A DNA stretch of 64,000 nt, from NCBI GenBank assembly GCA_905216175.1, contig CAJMSV010000002.1, positions 5,725-69,724 on the forward strand, in the 5' to 3' direction. Every line of letters begins with the position of its first letter. The stretch's first letter is position 1. The DNA comes from an uncultured bacterium. Lineage in GTDB: Bacteria; Actinomycetota; Coriobacteriia; Coriobacteriales; Coriobacteriaceae. The notes under the pieces were generated by a model. The model searched no databases, was not told the DNA's origin, and saw nothing but the letters and a program-made list of their open reading frames with translations. The position numbers and the translations under genes are program-made. Below are positions 48,825-57,646 of this stretch, in pieces.

Positions 48825-49808
48825 ATGTCTCGGTATTGCGCCTCGTGCGGCAAGCTTCTTGCAGATAATGCCAAGTTCTGCACCTCGTGCGGTGCACCCG
48901 TTGAGCAAACAGCCGCGAGCGATAGCCAGCCCGCTTTCGAGCAGACCGGTTCCCTCGATACGCCGCAAGCCAAGGCGGACGACCCCCTCGCCTATCGCCC
49001 CGACCCCGCCGCAGGCCCCGCGGCCGTCGAGACCACGCAGCGCATACCCGTCGCGAGCGGCTCGCCCCAACAGCAGCCGGCTCCCGCATACGCGCCCGCT
49101 TCGCCACAGACCCCCGCCCCCAAAAAGAGCGGCACCGGGCCGCTTATCGCCGTTATCGTTGTGCTGGTGGCAATCATCATCGCCCTGGTCGTTTTCTTTG
49201 TGATCAAGCCTTTCGACAACGCCGCCACGCAGACGACTGCCGAGGTAGCTAAGCTGCACCATGACGTCAACGACGATGACCTAAAGCCTCTCGGCGATCC
49301 CAACAGCCTGTACGACGATGATGACGATGACGACGAGGATGGCGGCGAAGCAACGCTCTCCGAGCAGAACCTCTACCCCCGACTGAGCGAATACTACGAC
49401 TTGCTCGAAGACCTCGACAACTACGTCCGTGGCTGCGCGCAGAACTTCAACGGCAGCTATCTGGAAGAGGATCGAACCACCCGTCAAAATCTCGCCGACG
49501 TCGCCGAGCGCACGGAGGACACCATCGAGCAGTATTACGACATCGTCGAGGACCTAGACGTCCCGACGAGCTCCAAGAACTACAGCTCCTGGAAGGACAT
49601 CATCGCCCTGTACGACGACCTGGATCACCGCATTGACGCAATCTGTGATGCCTGGGAGATCAGCCTGAAATACGCCAAGCCTGCGGACCACAAGAATGAG
49701 ATCGTGGCGCCGCTGTCGCGCGACAACGTGGCGGGCACCAATGACAATAAGTACCGCCTAGATTTTGAGAAGCGCTATCCCGGCGCCAAGCCTGTCGAGG
49801 TGAAGTAA
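48825..49808 (+). CDS. Zinc-ribbon domain single-pass membrane protein
   Basis: YCASCG...FCTSCG N-terminus, Pro-rich linker, TM helix, acidic C-domain; AAAGGAG RBS and TATAAT upstream. Confidence 0.85.
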   Translation: MSRYCASCGKLLADNAKFCTSCGAPVEQTAASDSQPAFEQTGSLDTPQAKADDPLAYRPDPAAGPAAVETTQRIPVASGSPQQQPAPAYAPASPQTPAPKKSGTGPLIAVIVVLVAIIIALVVFFVIKPFDNAATQTTAEVAKLHHDVNDDDLKPLGDPNSLYDDDDDDDEDGGEATLSEQNLYPRLSEYYDLLEDLDNYVRGCAQNFNGSYLEEDRTTRQNLADVAERTEDTIEQYYDIVEDLDVPTSSKNYSSWKDIIALYDDLDHRIDAICDAWEISLKYAKPADHKNEIVAPLSRDNVAGTNDNKYRLDFEKRYPGAKPVEVK

Positions 49809-49828
49809 TCCCAACAACTGATCAAATC

Positions 49829-49894
49829 TTGCGGTGAAATAGGGATTAATTAGGCCTTTTGCCAGCAAAAACAGTCCCTATTTCACCGCAACTT
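49829..49894. repeat. Palindromic element, right copy
   Basis: TTGCGGTGAAATAGGGA ... CAGTCCCTATTTCACCGCAACTT; same family as 48688-48756 with a different loop. Confidence 0.9.
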
Positions 49895-49959
49895 AGAAGT
49901 GGGGCCGGGCGCGCATTTGCATTTGCGCGCCCGGCCCCGCCGCGTCTATATGTGCTCGG

Positions 49960-52551
49960 TTACTTGTCGGCGGCCTTCTTGGTGGTCGTCTTTTTTGCGG
50001 TCGTCTTCTTGGCGGCAGTTGCTTTCTTGGCCGTCGTCTTCTTGGCCGCCGTCGCCTTCTTGGCCGTGCTCGCCTTGGTCGTAGTCTTGCGGCCGCGGGC
50101 CGGCTTCTTCTCCTTGGTCGGACAGTCCATGTTGACGCAGATACGCCACGGGCCGCGCGCCGTGTTGACCACCACGATGGGGGCGCCGCACTCGGGGCAG
50201 GTCTCACCCGTCGCCTCGAGCTTACCGCGCGCCGGTAGAGGATAGCTCACGCCGCAATCGTCATAGTTGGTGCAGCGGATAAAACGCTTGCCGCTCTTCT
50301 CGCTCTTGTGCGCGATCAGGTCGCCATGGCGTCCGGCCTCGGCACACACCTTGCACTCGCCCACCTTAAGGTCGGGCTCGTAGTTGGTGGGGCATGTGGG
50401 GTTCACGCAAATCTCGAAGACCTTCTGGCGGAACGGCTGACACTTAATGCGCGGCGCACCGCACTCGGGACACACGGCGGCCTCGCCCTCGAGCGGGCTC
50501 ACCTTGACGCCGCTCGGCACCGGATAGGTCACGTCGCAGTCGGGCCAGCCCATGCAGCCAATGAAGCTGCCACGGGTCTTGGCGCTCGTCTTCATAACCA
50601 GGTCCTTGCCGCACTTGGGGCAGGCGCCCACGCGCGCATCGGCCGTGACGGCGTCGCTGATGGCGTCGCCCAGCTCCTGCGTATGCTTGAGCAGCTCGTC
50701 GAGCACGCCAGCCAGCAGCGCGCGCGAGTGCGTCACGACATGCTCTTCGGTATCCTCGCCGCGCTCCACACGGGTCATGTCGCCATCGAGCTCGCTGGTC
50801 ATATCGGGGCTCGTGATGCGCGGGGCAAACTGCGTCAGTGCGTCGATGATGGCGATGCCCAGCTGGCTCGGCTCCACGGGATCGTTTTTGAGATAGCGCA
50901 CGGCGTACAGGCGCTCGATGATGCTCGCGCGCGTGGACTTGGTGCCCAGGCCGCGCTTTTCCATCTCCTGCACGAGCTTGCCCTGGCTGTAGCGCGCGGG
51001 CGGCTCGGTCTGCTTGGCCTCGAGCTTAATGTCGAACACGTCGACCGTATCGCCCTGCTCCAGCGGCGGCATCTGCTCGTCGCGCTTGAGTCCGTACGGG
51101 TACGCCTCGCGGAAACCCGGGGTCACGAGCACATCGCCCGAAGCCACGAACGGCTCACCGTTCACGTCGAGCTCGAGCTTAGTGTTTTCGATGGTCGCGG
51201 GACCCATAAGCGTCGCTAGGAAGCGGCGGGCGATGAGGTCGTAGAGCTTGCGCTGGCCGCCGTCGAGCGTGGACGGATCGCCCTCGCCCGTGGGATAGAT
51301 AGGCGGGTGGTCGGTGGTCTCGACCTTGCCGCGCGTGGGCTTCATGGGGCCGGCGAGGACCTTTTTGCACACGGGCGCCAGCGCCGGGTTGATCTTTGCA
51401 AGGTCACTCACCACAGCGCCCAGATCAAGCGTCGCGGGGTATACGGTATTGTCGACACGCGGGTAGCTGATAAGGCCCGCCATGTAGAGGGACTCGGCGA
51501 TACGCATGGTACGCGCAGGCGAGATGCCCTCGGCTGCGGCGGCAGCCTGCAGCGAGGTGGTCGCAAACGGCGTGGGCGGCTGCTGCTTGCGCGAGCGCTT
51601 GGTCACCGCGGCAACGGTCGCCGTCGCGACGCCGTCGACATGGCCGTACGCCGTCTCGGCAGCATCCTTGTCGGTAAAACGCGCCGTCTTGTGCGCGATC
51701 TTAAAGCGGTCGTCCTCGGCAGCGCCCTGCGCGGCACCCATGCCGCGAATCTGCCAATAGTCCTCGGGCACAAACGCCATGCGTTCGCGCTCACGCTCGA
51801 CCACCAGTGCAAGCGTCGGTGTCTGCACGCGGCCGGCGGAACGCACGTTGCCAAAGCCGCCAAACTTGGCGAGCGTCAGATAGCGCGTGAGCACCGCGCC
51901 CCAGATGAGGTCGATGTGCTGACGGCTCTCGCCGGCGTCGGCCAGATTCTGGTCGAGCGTGACGAGATTATCGAAGGCGTGCGTGATCTCGGCCTTGGTA
52001 AACGAAGAGTACTGGGCGCGGGCGACCGGCAAGTCCGGCGCAACCTCGCGCACCTTGTTGAGAGCATCCGAGCCAATCAGCTCGCCCTCGCGGTCGAAGT
52101 CCGTGGCGATGATGACGCTGTCAGACTTCTTGGCAAGGTTCTTGAGCGAGCGAATGAGCTCCTTCTCGGCCGGCAGCTTAATGACGGGTGCCCAGGTGAG
52201 ATACGGCAGGCTCTCGAGCTTCCAGCCCTTGATGGAGATGCCATCGGCAAGGAACGGCTTGCGCTTGGTGTCGTACGGCGGACGAGCCAGGCCATCGGGC
52301 ATATCTGCCGGCAGCATCTCACCGTCCTCGGTGACCGAATACCAACCCAGCTTTTTATCGAACAGCACGCTGTCGCAAAAATCGGGCGCAAGGATGTGAC
52401 CGGCAAGGCCGATGGTCACGCACTCCTCGCCCTTCCACTCAAAACGGTAGATGGCGGTGTTGTACACCTTGTCCTTTTTGGGCTTACCCGTGGACAGTCG
52501 CTCGGCGATCTGACGCGCGGCGTCGTTTTTCTCGGCGATGATGAGCTTCAA
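49960..52551 (-). CDS. topA: DNA topoisomerase I (type IA)
   Basis: IIAEK, ATDFDREGE, SAGRVQTP, LISYPR and GLGTKSTR motifs; C4 zinc fingers; Lys/Ala/Thr tail; TTG start. Confidence 0.93.
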   Translation of the reverse strand: MKLIIAEKNDAARQIAERLSTGKPKKDKVYNTAIYRFEWKGEECVTIGLAGHILAPDFCDSVLFDKKLGWYSVTEDGEMLPADMPDGLARPPYDTKRKPFLADGISIKGWKLESLPYLTWAPVIKLPAEKELIRSLKNLAKKSDSVIIATDFDREGELIGSDALNKVREVAPDLPVARAQYSSFTKAEITHAFDNLVTLDQNLADAGESRQHIDLIWGAVLTRYLTLAKFGGFGNVRSAGRVQTPTLALVVERERERMAFVPEDYWQIRGMGAAQGAAEDDRFKIAHKTARFTDKDAAETAYGHVDGVATATVAAVTKRSRKQQPPTPFATTSLQAAAAAEGISPARTMRIAESLYMAGLISYPRVDNTVYPATLDLGAVVSDLAKINPALAPVCKKVLAGPMKPTRGKVETTDHPPIYPTGEGDPSTLDGGQRKLYDLIARRFLATLMGPATIENTKLELDVNGEPFVASGDVLVTPGFREAYPYGLKRDEQMPPLEQGDTVDVFDIKLEAKQTEPPARYSQGKLVQEMEKRGLGTKSTRASIIERLYAVRYLKNDPVEPSQLGIAIIDALTQFAPRITSPDMTSELDGDMTRVERGEDTEEHVVTHSRALLAGVLDELLKHTQELGDAISDAVTADARVGACPKCGKDLVMKTSAKTRGSFIGCMGWPDCDVTYPVPSGVKVSPLEGEAAVCPECGAPRIKCQPFRQKVFEICVNPTCPTNYEPDLKVGECKVCAEAGRHGDLIAHKSEKSGKRFIRCTNYDDCGVSYPLPARGKLEATGETCPECGAPIVVVNTARGPWRICVNMDCPTKEKKPARGRKTTTKASTAKKATAAKKTTAKKATAAKKTTAKKTTTKKAADK

Positions 52552-52605
52552 AAGAGGCTCCTATCTCGTATCTCTGCGGCTACGCCCGCCCGTATGGCGG
52601 CCGAC

Positions 52606-53289
52606 TTACGCCCTTGCTTGCTCAATCTGCCCGATGAGCCAATCGCACCAGGCATCCATGCCCTCGCCCTTGCGCGCGCTCACGGCAAACCGCGGCGCCT
52701 GCGGATTGAGGTCATCGAGTGTCTTAGTATACCTATCCATGTCAAAATCGAAAGCCGGAGCCACGTCGACCTTGTTGAGCAGCTGCGCGCCGGCGTGTTG
52801 GAAGATGCCCGGGTACTTGATGGGCTTGTCGTCGCCCTCGGGCACCGAGAGGATCATGATGGACAGGTTCTCGCCCAGGTCAAAGTCGACTGGGCAGACC
52901 AAGTTGCCCACGTTTTCGATAAAGATGACGTCGATGTTCTCCAGACCGACGGCCTGGTCGAAGGCGTCGACGGCCTCCATGATCATGTTGCCCTCGAGGT
53001 GGCACAGGCCGCCCGTGTTGATCTGGATGGCGGGCATGCCGGCTTCCTTCATGGTAATGGCGTCGACGTCCGAGGCGATATCGCCCTCGATGACGGCGCA
53101 ACGCAGGCCGGCCTTGTCGCGCAGGCGCTCGTTGGTGCCCAGAATCGTGGTAGTCTTACCCGAGCCGGGGCTCGACAGCACATTGATCACATAGGTGTTT
53201 GTCTCTTTAAATCGCTGGCGCAGCTGATCTGCCAGGCGCTCATTGCGCGACAGGATCGGCGACGCGATATCAATCGTTTTCTCAGCCAT
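52606..53289 (-). CDS. hypB: Nickel-insertion GTPase HypB
   Basis: SSPGSGKTT, VIEGD, TGGLCHL, ENVGNLVCP and EGDDKPIKYP motifs. Confidence 0.93.
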   Translation of the reverse strand: MAEKTIDIASPILSRNERLADQLRQRFKETNTYVINVLSSPGSGKTTTILGTNERLRDKAGLRCAVIEGDIASDVDAITMKEAGMPAIQINTGGLCHLEGNMIMEAVDAFDQAVGLENIDVIFIENVGNLVCPVDFDLGENLSIMILSVPEGDDKPIKYPGIFQHAGAQLLNKVDVAPAFDFDMDRYTKTLDDLNPQAPRFAVSARKGEGMDAWCDWLIGQIEQARA

Positions 53290-53344
53290 ACTCAGCGCTC
53301 CTTACTTTTGCCCCTTTATACCCCGTCCCCAGGTGGCTGATGGG

Positions 53345-53701
53345 CTAATCGTCGGGGGTTTCGATTTCGATACTTGCGATGTCGAGTTCGCGGCCGTGCA
53401 GCAGGCGCACGTTGGCACCACCACACTGGGGACAGCGGCAATGGAAACGGTCGTGTTCAAAGACCTCACCGCAGTCCAGACACTCGCTTTGTGGATGGAC
53501 TTCCTCTACGGCAAGCTCGCAGCCGCGCGTGAGCGGGTCCTCGTCGCGAAACGTCTCCCAGGCAAAGTCGAGCGCCTCGCGCACGACCTCGGTCATATCC
53601 CCGATACGAAGTGTTACCAAAACGGCGCGAGAGGCCCCCGCCCCACGCGCCGCGCGAATCACTGTATCGAGTATGCCGTTGACAATGCCAACCTCGTGCA
53701 T
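53345..53701 (-). CDS. hypA: Nickel metallochaperone HypA
   Basis: MHE N-terminus, two CxxC motifs, GREL. Confidence 0.93.
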   Translation of the reverse strand: MHEVGIVNGILDTVIRAARGAGASRAVLVTLRIGDMTEVVREALDFAWETFRDEDPLTRGCELAVEEVHPQSECLDCGEVFEHDRFHCRCPQCGGANVRLLHGRELDIASIEIETPDD

Positions 53702-53707
53702 ACCGAT

Positions 53708-54499
53708 TTACTCCTCGTCGTCCTCATCGTCCGAGAACAGGTCCAGACGGCTCACAAACAAGCCCTCCTTGCCCTCGCGCGCGGTAATGACCACGCGGGC
53801 AATGGCGAGCGAAATCTCGTAGAGCGAGAGCAGGGCACCATACATGAGGCCCAGCGTAACGGGCGAGCCGTCGGGCGTAATCACAGCCGAGCCCACAAGC
53901 AGGCCCACGTACACGTAGCGCCAGGCGCCGCGGAAGGCCGCGTAGGACACGATGTGGAAGACGGACAGGTAGAAGATGATGAGCGGCAGCTCAAACGCCA
54001 CACCAAAGCCGATCATAAAGAGCAGCTCCATGTTGACGTAGTTCTCCAGATCGGGCAGCGCCGTAGCAACGGCCGAGGTCTCGCCGATGAGCCACTCAAA
54101 GCCCGCCGGGAGGATGATGAAGTAGCAGAAGATGGCGCCCAGGAAGAACAGCACCGTCGAGGCGAGCACCGTAGGCACAACCCACTTGCGCTCGTTGGGA
54201 CGCAGTGCCGGCAGGAAAAATGCCAGAATCTGCCAGATGATCATGGGCGTGCACATGACCACGGCCATCTTGATGGCCAGCGAGAAGCGCAGGCCAAAGC
54301 CGCCGAGCGTGGTGGTGATGTAGAACTTACCGTCCGGCACAAAGGAGCGGATGGGATCTTTCAGGATGTCGAGCACAACAGGCGTGGCGAAATACAGCAC
54401 GATAGCTGCGGCAAACACCGAGACGACCACGATGGTCAGGCGGCGACGGAGCTCTCCCAGGTGATCGAAGAGCGGCATACGCGCAGGTCCGATAGGCAT
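53708..54499 (-). CDS. tatC: Twin-arginine translocase TatC
   Basis: MPLFDHLGELRRRL, FFLPAL, FGVAFELP and ITPDG motifs. Confidence 0.95.
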   Translation of the reverse strand: MPIGPARMPLFDHLGELRRRLTIVVVSVFAAAIVLYFATPVVLDILKDPIRSFVPDGKFYITTTLGGFGLRFSLAIKMAVVMCTPMIIWQILAFFLPALRPNERKWVVPTVLASTVLFFLGAIFCYFIILPAGFEWLIGETSAVATALPDLENYVNMELLFMIGFGVAFELPLIIFYLSVFHIVSYAAFRGAWRYVYVGLLVGSAVITPDGSPVTLGLMYGALLSLYEISLAIARVVITAREGKEGLFVSRLDLFSDDEDDEE

Positions 54500-55086
54500 T
54501 ACTCATCGCCTCCCTTCGAGGCGTCGGCGGCAGCGGCGTCGTCCTCGGCCTCGAGCTCGCGGGCGAGCTGGTCGACGCCGGCCTTGCGCTTGCGGGGACG
54601 ACGGGCGTAGAGGTCAGCCGTCGTGGGCTCTGCCGGCTCGGGCTCGGGCTCCGGCTCTGCAGCAGGCTCGGACTCGACGGTGGCAGTGGCAGGCTCGGCC
54701 TCGGTGGACTCGGCGCCCTCGGCCTCCTCAGCAGCACCTTCGCCCTCAGCAGCACCCTCGCTTGCGGCCTTCTCGGCAGCAAGGCGGGCACGGCGCTCGG
54801 CAAAGGTCTCCTTCTTTGCGGGCGCAGCTGTCTCGACGGCATCCTCGTCTGCATCGGAATCGTCATCGACGGCAGTCTTCTTGGGCTTGACCGGGGCCGA
54901 CGCGGCCTCGCTCACCGGATCGATAATCTCGGACTGAACAACGGCCGTCATCTTTTCCTGCGTCTCGCGGAACTGACGGATGGCACGGCCGATCGTACGG
55001 CCCATCTGTGGGAGCTTATCCGGGCCAAACAGCAAAAAGCCGAAGACCACGATGATCGCGAGCTCACCCTCTCCAATACCAAACAC
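54499..55086 (-). CDS. tatB: TatA/TatB-family subunit
   Basis: FGIGEGEL...LFGPDKLPQMGRTIGRAIRQF; GTG start after GGAGG. Confidence 0.8.
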   Translation of the reverse strand: MFGIGEGELAIIVVFGFLLFGPDKLPQMGRTIGRAIRQFRETQEKMTAVVQSEIIDPVSEAASAPVKPKKTAVDDDSDADEDAVETAAPAKKETFAERRARLAAEKAASEGAAEGEGAAEEAEGAESTEAEPATATVESEPAAEPEPEPEPAEPTTADLYARRPRKRKAGVDQLARELEAEDDAAAADASKGGDE

Positions 55087-55239
55087 ACATACCTCCAAGG
55101 CTCGATGTGAGTCGAGCCCGCACCGCGCCATTCGGCCGGAACTCGTCTATTCATTCGGTCAAGTATAGCGCCCGGACGCCAAAACGTCCGAGCGCATCAC
55201 AAACATATGCCAAACGGCACGCCCTTTTGGGGGCAAAGA

Positions 55240-55554
55240 TTATGCAGCGGTGATCGAAATCTCCTGGTCGACACCCAACAGCTGAACCACGCGCATCACC
55301 GGGGGCTGCACATTGGTGCAGCTAAAGCGCTTGCCGTGGTCGACCGCGTGGTGCGCGGCGCCCACGAGCACGCCAATGCCCGTCGAATCGATGTAGCTCA
55401 CCTGGGCAAAATCGAGCTCAACGGCCTCAGTGGGCTGCTCGAGCGCCAGGTCGATGGCATTACGCAGGCTATCGGCGTTAGAGATATCGATCTCGCCGGC
55501 CACCTTAATGGTGTAGAGCTCTGGCGTGGGGTTGGTGGAAATACCCAAATCCAT
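55240..55554 (-). CDS. STAS-domain anti-sigma factor antagonist
   Basis: GEIDISNA and VSYIDSTGIGVL motifs. Confidence 0.9.
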   Translation of the reverse strand: MDLGISTNPTPELYTIKVAGEIDISNADSLRNAIDLALEQPTEAVELDFAQVSYIDSTGIGVLVGAAHHAVDHGKRFSCTNVQPPVMRVVQLLGVDQEISITAA

Positions 55555-55605
55555 GTATACGCTCCTTTACGTATCGAAAGTGCGGATAGTACGGGAAGCC
55601 GCGCG

Positions 55606-56910
55606 TTAGGCGCGCTCGGCACGCGCAAGCTCGGCAGCGACAAGCTTAACGGCCAGCACCAGCACATCGAGCGCGGCCTCCAGGTCCTCGACCGTGGGAT
55701 AGCTCGGCGCGATGCGGATGTTGGTATCGCGCGGGTCCTTGCCATAGGGCCAGGTAGCACCGGCCGGCGTGAGCTTGACGCCCAGGTCGGCGCAAAGCGC
55801 GGCGACCTTTTGAGCCGAGCCCTCGGGACCATCGAAGCTTACAAAGTAGCCGCCGCGGGGGTGCGTCCAGGTGGCGCAGCCCGTGTCGCCCAAGCCCTCG
55901 GTGAGCTTGCGCTCGACGGCCTCAAAGCGCGGGCGCAAGAACTCGGCATGCTTTTTCATGTGCTCCTTGACCGCCTCGATGGTGGGAAGGAAGCGCACGT
56001 GACGCAGCTGGTTGAGCTTGTCGGCGCTGATGAGGCCGGCCTTCAGGCGCTTGGAGAACTCGGCGATGACCGCGGGGCTCGCACCGATAAAGCCGATACC
56101 GGCGCCCGGGAAGGTGATCTTGGACGTCGAGGCAAATGCCACCACGCGGTCCTCGGTGCCCGCCGCGCGAGCGAGGTCAAAGATGTTTGCGAGCTCGTCG
56201 GTCTCGTCGTACAGGTCGTGCACGCAGTAGGCGTTGTCCCAGAAGATGCGGAAATCGGGTGCGGCCGTGGGCATCTCAACCAGGCGACGCACGGTGTCCT
56301 CGCTAAAGGTGATGCCCGTGGGGTTGGAATACTTGGGCACGCACCAGATGCCCTTGATGGAGTCGTCGGCGGCAACCAGGCGCTCGACCTCGTCCATGTC
56401 GGGGCCGTTGTCGGTCATCGCGACGGGGACGTCCTCGATGCCCAAGTCGGCGGTGATGCCAAAGTGGCGATCGTAGCCGGGAACGGGGCACAGGTACTTG
56501 ACCTTCTTGCCGTCGTGCGCGGCCTCGTAAGCCTCCCAGGGCTCGCTGCCGCACGAGCCGCAGCGCCAGAACATGCCGGCGATGTCATGCTCGATCAAAA
56601 GGCTCGACGAACCCAGTACGAGCGTCTGCTCGGCGGGGCAACCCAAAAACTCCCCCGCTAGCTTGCGCGCCGAAGGAATGCCCTCAAAGCAGCCGTAGTT
56701 GGAGCAGTCGACGTTGCCGTCGTGCAGATCGGCATCGGCATTGAGGATATCGAGCATGGGTCGAGAGATGTCCACCTGGGAGGGCGACGGCTTGCCGCGG
56801 GCCATGTCGAGCGCCAGGCCCTTGGCCTTGACCTCGGCGACCTCGGCTTTGAGCGCCTCGATGGCGGCATCGAGTTCGGTGGTTTCCATCTTCTGGTAGA
56901 TCGTCTGCAT
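55606..56910 (-). CDS. PLP-dependent aminotransferase (actinobacterial aspartate aminotransferase type)
   Basis: LDMARGKP, VPGYDRHF, PKYSNPTG, WDNAY, STSKITF and NIRIAPS motifs. Confidence 0.88.
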   Translation of the reverse strand: MQTIYQKMETTELDAAIEALKAEVAEVKAKGLALDMARGKPSPSQVDISRPMLDILNADADLHDGNVDCSNYGCFEGIPSARKLAGEFLGCPAEQTLVLGSSSLLIEHDIAGMFWRCGSCGSEPWEAYEAAHDGKKVKYLCPVPGYDRHFGITADLGIEDVPVAMTDNGPDMDEVERLVAADDSIKGIWCVPKYSNPTGITFSEDTVRRLVEMPTAAPDFRIFWDNAYCVHDLYDETDELANIFDLARAAGTEDRVVAFASTSKITFPGAGIGFIGASPAVIAEFSKRLKAGLISADKLNQLRHVRFLPTIEAVKEHMKKHAEFLRPRFEAVERKLTEGLGDTGCATWTHPRGGYFVSFDGPEGSAQKVAALCADLGVKLTPAGATWPYGKDPRDTNIRIAPSYPTVEDLEAALDVLVLAVKLVAAELARAERA

Positions 56911-57059
56911 GGGTGCGACCTTTCACGAAGCGGTACGTTGCAATTCTTCTAAGTATAGACCGCCACCGTCGCAACGTTATGAAGCCGTGATAGATTAAGT
57001 CCATCGCAATGAATTACGAATCGCCGCGCATGCCGGCATGAAGCGCCCAAGGAGGCACT

Positions 57060-57314
57060 ATGGAGTACGGATCGTTCCAGGCCGAGGAATTCGGCGACCT
57101 TCAGCGCCTGGTCGACGGACTGTTTTACGACCGCCACGCCATCGACCGCCTGGATCTGATCGTACAGGCCGAAATCTTGGACCTGGCGCCCGATCTCATG
57201 GAAATCGTGAACCTGCTACCGCCCGGCTATTACGACCGCCAGTCACTTTGCGACCAGCTCAACTCCGCCTTGGCCGCCCACGGCTGGGGCGCCATCTACG
57301 GCACCGTGGAATAA
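57060..57314 (+). CDS. Small hypothetical protein
   Basis: 84 aa, AAGGAGG RBS, host-like codon use. Confidence 0.75.
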   Translation: MEYGSFQAEEFGDLQRLVDGLFYDRHAIDRLDLIVQAEILDLAPDLMEIVNLLPPGYYDRQSLCDQLNSALAAHGWGAIYGTVE

Positions 57315-57332
57315 ACCTAGTCATTGGGGCCT

Positions 57333-57562
57333 GTGGTCAAAAAATAGCAAATATGAGTACTGTTACTTTTTTAGTAACAGCGATTTTGAATTAAAAAGGC
57401 CAGTCTTGGCCTTTTGTGTCCGGTTTTGGAAGGATGCATCAGCATTTTTCGTCCAGCCACGCAATCGTTAATGCACAGACAGAATAGATTTGTACATTAT
57501 TTTTCGCGCCTAAAATGAAACGCCGTTTGTGACAGTACTCACAAACGGCGTTTTTTGGCCAC
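57333..57562. mobile_element. MITE-like element, copy 2 (~230 bp, degenerate)
   Basis: Left end CAAAAAATAGCAAATATGAGTACTGTTAC...TTTAGTAACAGCG matches copy 1; right end GTGACAGTACTCACAAACGGCGTTTTTTGGCCAC is an imperfect inverse. Confidence 0.6.
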
Positions 57563-57646
57563 TGGGGTGTCCGGCAGGTGGCAAGTACCACTCAAAACCG
57601 CGTTTTACACGCGCTCGAGCAGGCTCTGGCGTCTGTTTCTACGCGC

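Noticed and set aside
49960..50090. AKKT/AKKA repeats at the end of topA as a DNA tandem repeat element
   Set aside because: This is a coding Lys-rich tail, an already known feature of actinobacterial TopA.
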